64,000 nucleotides of DNA from Rhizaria sp. SCN 62-66 (lineage: Eukaryota), in contig MEDY01000088.1 of assembly GCA_001724265.1 (NCBI GenBank), positions 1 through 64,000 of the forward strand. The letters are read 5' to 3'. Positions 59,801-64,000 of the stretch are shown one piece after another (position 1 is the first letter of the stretch; each line of letters opens with the position of its first letter). Under the pieces are notes generated by a model that saw only the letters and a list, made by a program, of their open reading frames with translations, had not been told where the DNA came from and did no database searches. The translations under genes were made by a program, and so were the position numbers.

Positions 59801-61449
59801 CCGCGCGCCAGCTCACGGCGTATCGCACGCTGCTCTTCTCGCTGGCCGCCTTCCACGCCGTGCTGCTGGAGCGCCGCAAGTTCGGCCCGCTGGGCTTCAA
59901 CATCGCGTACGAGTGGATGGCGTCGGACCTCACGTCCTCCCAGCGCCAGCTCGCGGCCTGGCTCACCGAGTCGGCCGCCACGGCCTCGGGTGACGACGCC
60001 AGCGCCGCCACCCCGCTGGTGCCGTGGGAGATGCTCACGGCGATCTTCGGCGAGATCAACTACGGCGGCCGCGTCACCGACGACAAGGACATTCGCTGCG
60101 TCGCTGCGCTGCTGTCGACCTTTATGGCGCCTGAGCAGACTTCGGCCACCGCGGGTGGCTTCCCGCTCGTGCCCTCGGGCGCGCTGGCGACGCCGCCGCC
60201 GGCCGTGCTTGAGTCGCTGTCGTCGCTGCGCGCCTACTGCGCGTCGCTGCCTGAGGACACGCCCGACCTCTTCGGACTCCACTCCAACGCGGCCATCTCG
60301 CTCCAGCTTAACGACTCCTCTGCGCTGCTCTCGCGCCTCCTCTCCGTGCAGTCGGGCGGCGCGCTGGGCGATGACGCCGAGGGCGGCGCCTCAGCTTCTG
60401 GCGGCAGCGGAGGCTCGAGCGTCACCAGCACGGCCTCTGACTCGCTGGTGCTGGCGCTCGCCGCTGACATCCAGCAGCGTCTGCCAGCCAACATCGACAA
60501 GTCCAAGGCTGCCGCGGGCACCTTCGCGGGTGTCGCCGGCCTGCCCGCGCGCTCCGAGAGCGGCGAGGCTGCTCAAGACACGATCTCGCCCGTCGAGAGC
60601 GAGGTGGCCGAGCTCGGCAACCCGCTGGGCGTGTTCCTGAGCCAGGAAGTCGACCGCGTGAACAAGCTTCTTAACACCATCCGCGGCTCGCTGGCGTCGC
60701 TGCAGAACTCGATCAAGGGTCTTGAAGTCATGTCGGCCTCACTCGAGGGCGTGTACGCGGCGCTGCTGTTCAACCGCGTCCCCGCGACGTGGGCGCGCGC
60801 GGCGTACCCATCGCTCAAGCCGCTCGCGGCCTGGGTCGAGGACCTAATCACGCGCGTCGCCACCTACGACGCCTGGCTGCGCAACGGACTCCCCGCGGCC
60901 TACTGGCCCTCGGGCTTCTTCTTCCCCCAGGGCTTCCTCACGGCCGCGCTTCAGACGTACGCGCGCGCCAACCGCGTGCCGATCGACGCGCTGGGCTTCA
61001 CGGCCACCGTGCTGCCGTACGCGACCGCGGACGAGTACGCGGCCGCTGTGGCGCGCGGCGAGGAGAACACCAGCACATCACCGTGCCGCGACCCGCGCCT
61101 GGGCGTCGTCGTCCATGGCTTCTACCTGCAGGGCGCGCGCTGGGACGCGCAGCCCGGCGTGGGCGGCTGTCTCGAGGAGGCGATGCCGCGCCAGCTCTTC
61201 GCTGAGATGCCGCTCGTCTGGCTCCAACCCACGGAGCTGGGCGCAACCGGACTGCCGACCAACGACGAGCGCGGCCGCGTCATGTACCCCTGCCCGGTCT
61301 ACAAGACCATCACGCGTGCCGGCCAGCTTTCCACCACGGGCCACTCGACCAACTTCGTCGTCACACTCGCGCTGCCCTCCAAGGATGGACTTAGCGTCGA
61401 CCACTGGGTCCGCCGCGGCACTGCCATCGTCATGCAGCTCGTCGACTAA
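47818..61449 (+). CDS. Axonemal inner-arm (single-headed, DNAH6-like) dynein heavy chain, 4543 aa, intronless
   Basis: P-loops [79 protein letters not shown]; stalk coiled coil; C-terminal [14 protein letters not shown] typical of inner-arm chains; TAA stop. Confidence 0.97.
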   Translation: [4543 protein letters not shown]

Positions 61450-62111
61450 GCTCGACAGCTTCGTTTTATTTCGCAAATTTATGTAGGTATTATGACACTT
61501 ATTATGAATCAGTTTAATCTTTCTTCAAAATAACCAAAGTTAATACAAAGTTTCTTTATTCATTCTACTCCACGGCCACTTGATTTGCTCCTTTGCAATG
61601 CCATTTTGATCATTTTCTGGTGTGACTGGTGATCTCTTACCTACCAACGCTTCTGGTGGTATACTGGGGGGTGGAAGGTGTTGCCTCGAAACATGCTTCT
61701 TGCAAGAGCTCAGAACGACCGTAAATAGCAAAGTCCATTCGTGCCAAGGATTACCAATCCATATTAGGCATTTCTTTTCTTTTTATGCAACATATCTGTT
61801 CTATTGGGTCTGCTACCTATCAACTTCTCCTGGCCGTCCCAAGCTGGTCGGGGTTTACCAGCTCAATGGTTTCTCTGGCATTATTTTAATAACCCCATCA
61901 CTCTAATGACACATGCGCTCTATTATCGGGGGAATGCGGTTTCGATATATTGAATGTCCCTCCAGATGCCCTTAAGCATCTTCTTTCACTGAGCTTCTGA
62001 CATTTTTCTGATCTTCATAACGCTTCTTCATGTCTCTCGTTTGTTCTCTTGCTTTCTACCCCTCAGCACAGACTTCATTTATTTGCAGACACAACGCGTG
62101 TGACTGCACCG

Positions 62112-64000
62112 ATGCTAAAAAGCAGTGCCCAGTTGGGCTCACATGCGCTGCCAAGCATCTCCGCGCCCGCGGTTCTGATTGCACGTGCTCTGTATCACAG
62201 CTCCCCAACTGCTGTCAATGATGCTAGTTGCGTCATGCAGAACCGTCCGTTCGCACGTCGCATCCACACCTCCACACCGTCCGTTGCATCTGAGGCTGCT
62301 GCGTTGCCGCTGCCCGTGCGCGCCCCTGCGCGCGCAATCTCGACCGTGACCCGCGCCAAGCGTCCGCCTTCGACGCCCGCGCCGGGCTACGTGTCGCCAT
62401 CGGTGCCCGTGGCGATCACGCTGCGCGACGCGACGGGCCGCGTGATGGAGGGCCACACGCTCGCGGACGCAATGCTCGACGACGTGGCGCTGCACTCTGC
62501 GCGCTTCCGCGCCGACCACGCGCGCGCGCCGAAGCTGGCCGTGGTGCTCGTTGGGCGCCGCGCCGACAGCCAGAAGTACGTGCGCGTCAAGCGGCGCACC
62601 GCGCTGTGCGTTGGCATTGACACAGACGTGCTCGAGCTGCCGTCGCAGATCTCGATGGACGCGCTGCTGCAGCGCATCACGGCGCTTAACGCGGACGACA
62701 CGGTCGACGGCATCATCATCCAGCTGCCGCTTCCCGCGCACCTCGACGCCACGCTCGCGCTGCAGACCGTGGACCCCATCAAGGACGTCGACGGCTTCCA
62801 CTACGCCAACCAGGCCTCGCTGCTCGACGCTGATCACTTCAACAAGCAGCCCGCGTTTGGCTTTCGGCCCCACGCCCCCGGCGCGCCCTTCACTGCGCCG
62901 GCCGGCGAGAGCGCCACCGCGCCCGTCAGCGCCGCCGCCGCCGTCGCTGCGGCTGAGTCCGCCGCCGTCGCTGCGGGCTACGCGCAGGCGCCGCACCCGC
63001 CGACCGGCGCGCCGGGCCCCGCGCCCGCGACGGTGCCCGCGGCGCGGCCCGCGCTGACGCCGTCGTCCTTCTCGCGCGCCCGCGAGCCCGCGCCGCTGGC
63101 GTCGACGCTGTTCCCCTCGACGCCGCTGGCGTGCCTCGCGCTACTTGACGCCTATGCGATCCCGCTGCGCGGCGCGCACGTGGTGGTGCTGGGCCGCAGC
63201 GCGGTCGTGGGCTTCCCGCTGTCGCTGATGCTGATGCACCGCGGCGCCGCGGTGTCCTCAGCCGACGCCAACGCCGACGCGCAGACGGTGCGCGAGCTCT
63301 GCCAGTCTGCAGATGTCGTCGTCACGGCTGTCGGGAAGCCTGGCTTTGTGACGCAGGACCTTTTGAAGCCTGGCGCGGTCGTGATTGATGTCGGCATCAA
63401 CTTCGTTGACCAGGACGATCTTCCGGTGATGCACCATCTTTCGCCTCTCTACCCAGAGGTTGCTGCCGCGCCGGCGACGACGGGTGACACAAAGACCAGT
63501 GCAAGTACCACTGATACCACGGTTGACATTGCGGCCGCTCACGTTTGTGAGGACGGAGATCGTGTGGTCGCAGGACGTTGTAGCCCTGCTTTCTTGGACT
63601 TCATGTCTCTCTCCAAACCCATCTCTGGCAGCAGCGCCAGCAGTGCAACAGTCACTATGTCTTCGATGACGCACGGACCGACAACAAACACCGCTGGCTC
63701 CGCCACAACTTTCACAGAGTGTCCCGTGCTGTCTGCCGCGGCTACTACGCGGACCGCGCTGGCCGCGCTAGTTTCGCGCGGACTCGACTGCCAATCATCA
63801 TCGTCGTCATCGTTCGCGAGTGCTGCGCATGCCGGCCCCGGTCCACGCTCTGCCACTACGGCGCCGCCGACGACTGCTTCGTTAACTGCGTCCTCCTCCT
63901 CACTTTTCTTTGGCGCGCACCATGGCGCCAACAAGAGTAACTCATTTAACAACAGTGCTGACGCTCCCGCGCATCCACTCAGTACCGCCGCAGCCGACCA
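62112..64000 (+). CDS. FolD-type methylenetetrahydrofolate dehydrogenase/cyclohydrolase, probably mitochondrial; runs off the window end
   Basis: Open frame from ATG 62112 to the window end: PKLAVVLVG, SQKYVRVK (YxxxK), VDGIIIQLPLP, KDVDGFH, VVVLGRSAVVG.P, ADVVVTAVGKP, GAVVIDVGIN; transit-peptide-like N-terminus (PFARRIHTS). Confidence 0.93.
   Translation, partial: MLKSSAQLGSHALPSISAPAVLIARALYHSSPTAVNDASCVMQNRPFARRIHTSTPSVASEAAALPLPVRAPARAISTVTRAKRPPSTPAPGYVSPSVPVAITLRDATGRVMEGHTLADAMLDDVALHSARFRADHARAPKLAVVLVGRRADSQKYVRVKRRTALCVGIDTDVLELPSQISMDALLQRITALNADDTVDGIIIQLPLPAHLDATLALQTVDPIKDVDGFHYANQASLLDADHFNKQPAFGFRPHAPGAPFTAPAGESATAPVSAAAAVAAAESAAVAAGYAQAPHPPTGAPGPAPATVPAARPALTPSSFSRAREPAPLASTLFPSTPLACLALLDAYAIPLRGAHVVVLGRSAVVGFPLSLMLMHRGAAVSSADANADAQTVRELCQSADVVVTAVGKPGFVTQDLLKPGAVVIDVGINFVDQDDLPVMHHLSPLYPEVAAAPATTGDTKTSASTTDTTVDIAAAHVCEDGDRVVAGRCSPAFLDFMSLSKPISGSSASSATVTMSSMTHGPTTNTAGSATTFTECPVLSAAATTRTALAALVSRGLDCQSSSSSSFASAAHAGPGPRSATTAPPTTASLTASSSSLFFGAHHGANKSNSFNNSADAPAHPLSTAAAD

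Noticed and set aside
49087-60282. Long antisense ORFs (1166, 993, 636 aa) opposite dynein, and similar ones opposite PFK and MetRS
   Set aside because: Expected shadow frames of GC3-biased coding sequence; no protein motifs.
61540-61980. AT-rich short ORF fragments between dynein and FolD
   Set aside because: Interrupted by TAA, lacking host codon bias and any recognisable motif; at most a decayed fragment.

Overview
Gene-dense nuclear DNA from a flagellated eukaryote (a protist; lineage not determinable here). CDSs are GC-rich and Ala-rich; intergenic DNA and the short GT-AG introns are AT-rich. I can build 17 protein-coding genes: RPS5 (partial), POP4, a Cid1-type nucleotidyltransferase, trehalose-phosphate phosphatase, TGS1, phosphofructokinase, LAMTOR1-like, a degenerate histidine phosphatase, MetRS, SRP14, an intronless inner-arm dynein heavy chain, FolD (partial) and five uncharacterised proteins. 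Main result: three long genes are interrupted only by in-frame TAG codons (10 in total, five in a Gln-rich tract), with no frameshifts and no internal TAA/TGA. All 15 complete genes end in TAA (8) or TGA (7) and none in TAG. This points to a variant nuclear code with UAG = Gln and UAA/UGA as stops, with UAG rare and absent from conserved domains. Other signals: four covarying AGA-box H/ACA-like hairpins in two MetRS introns (one in the 3' UTR), PFK ending in the PTS1 signal -AKL, a probable mitochondrial TUTase, acceptor-like pyrimidine/AG sites just upstream of many start codons (possible SL trans-splicing), a multibranch palindromic element, and very large insertions inside catalytic domains. 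All of this was read by eye; no searches were run.
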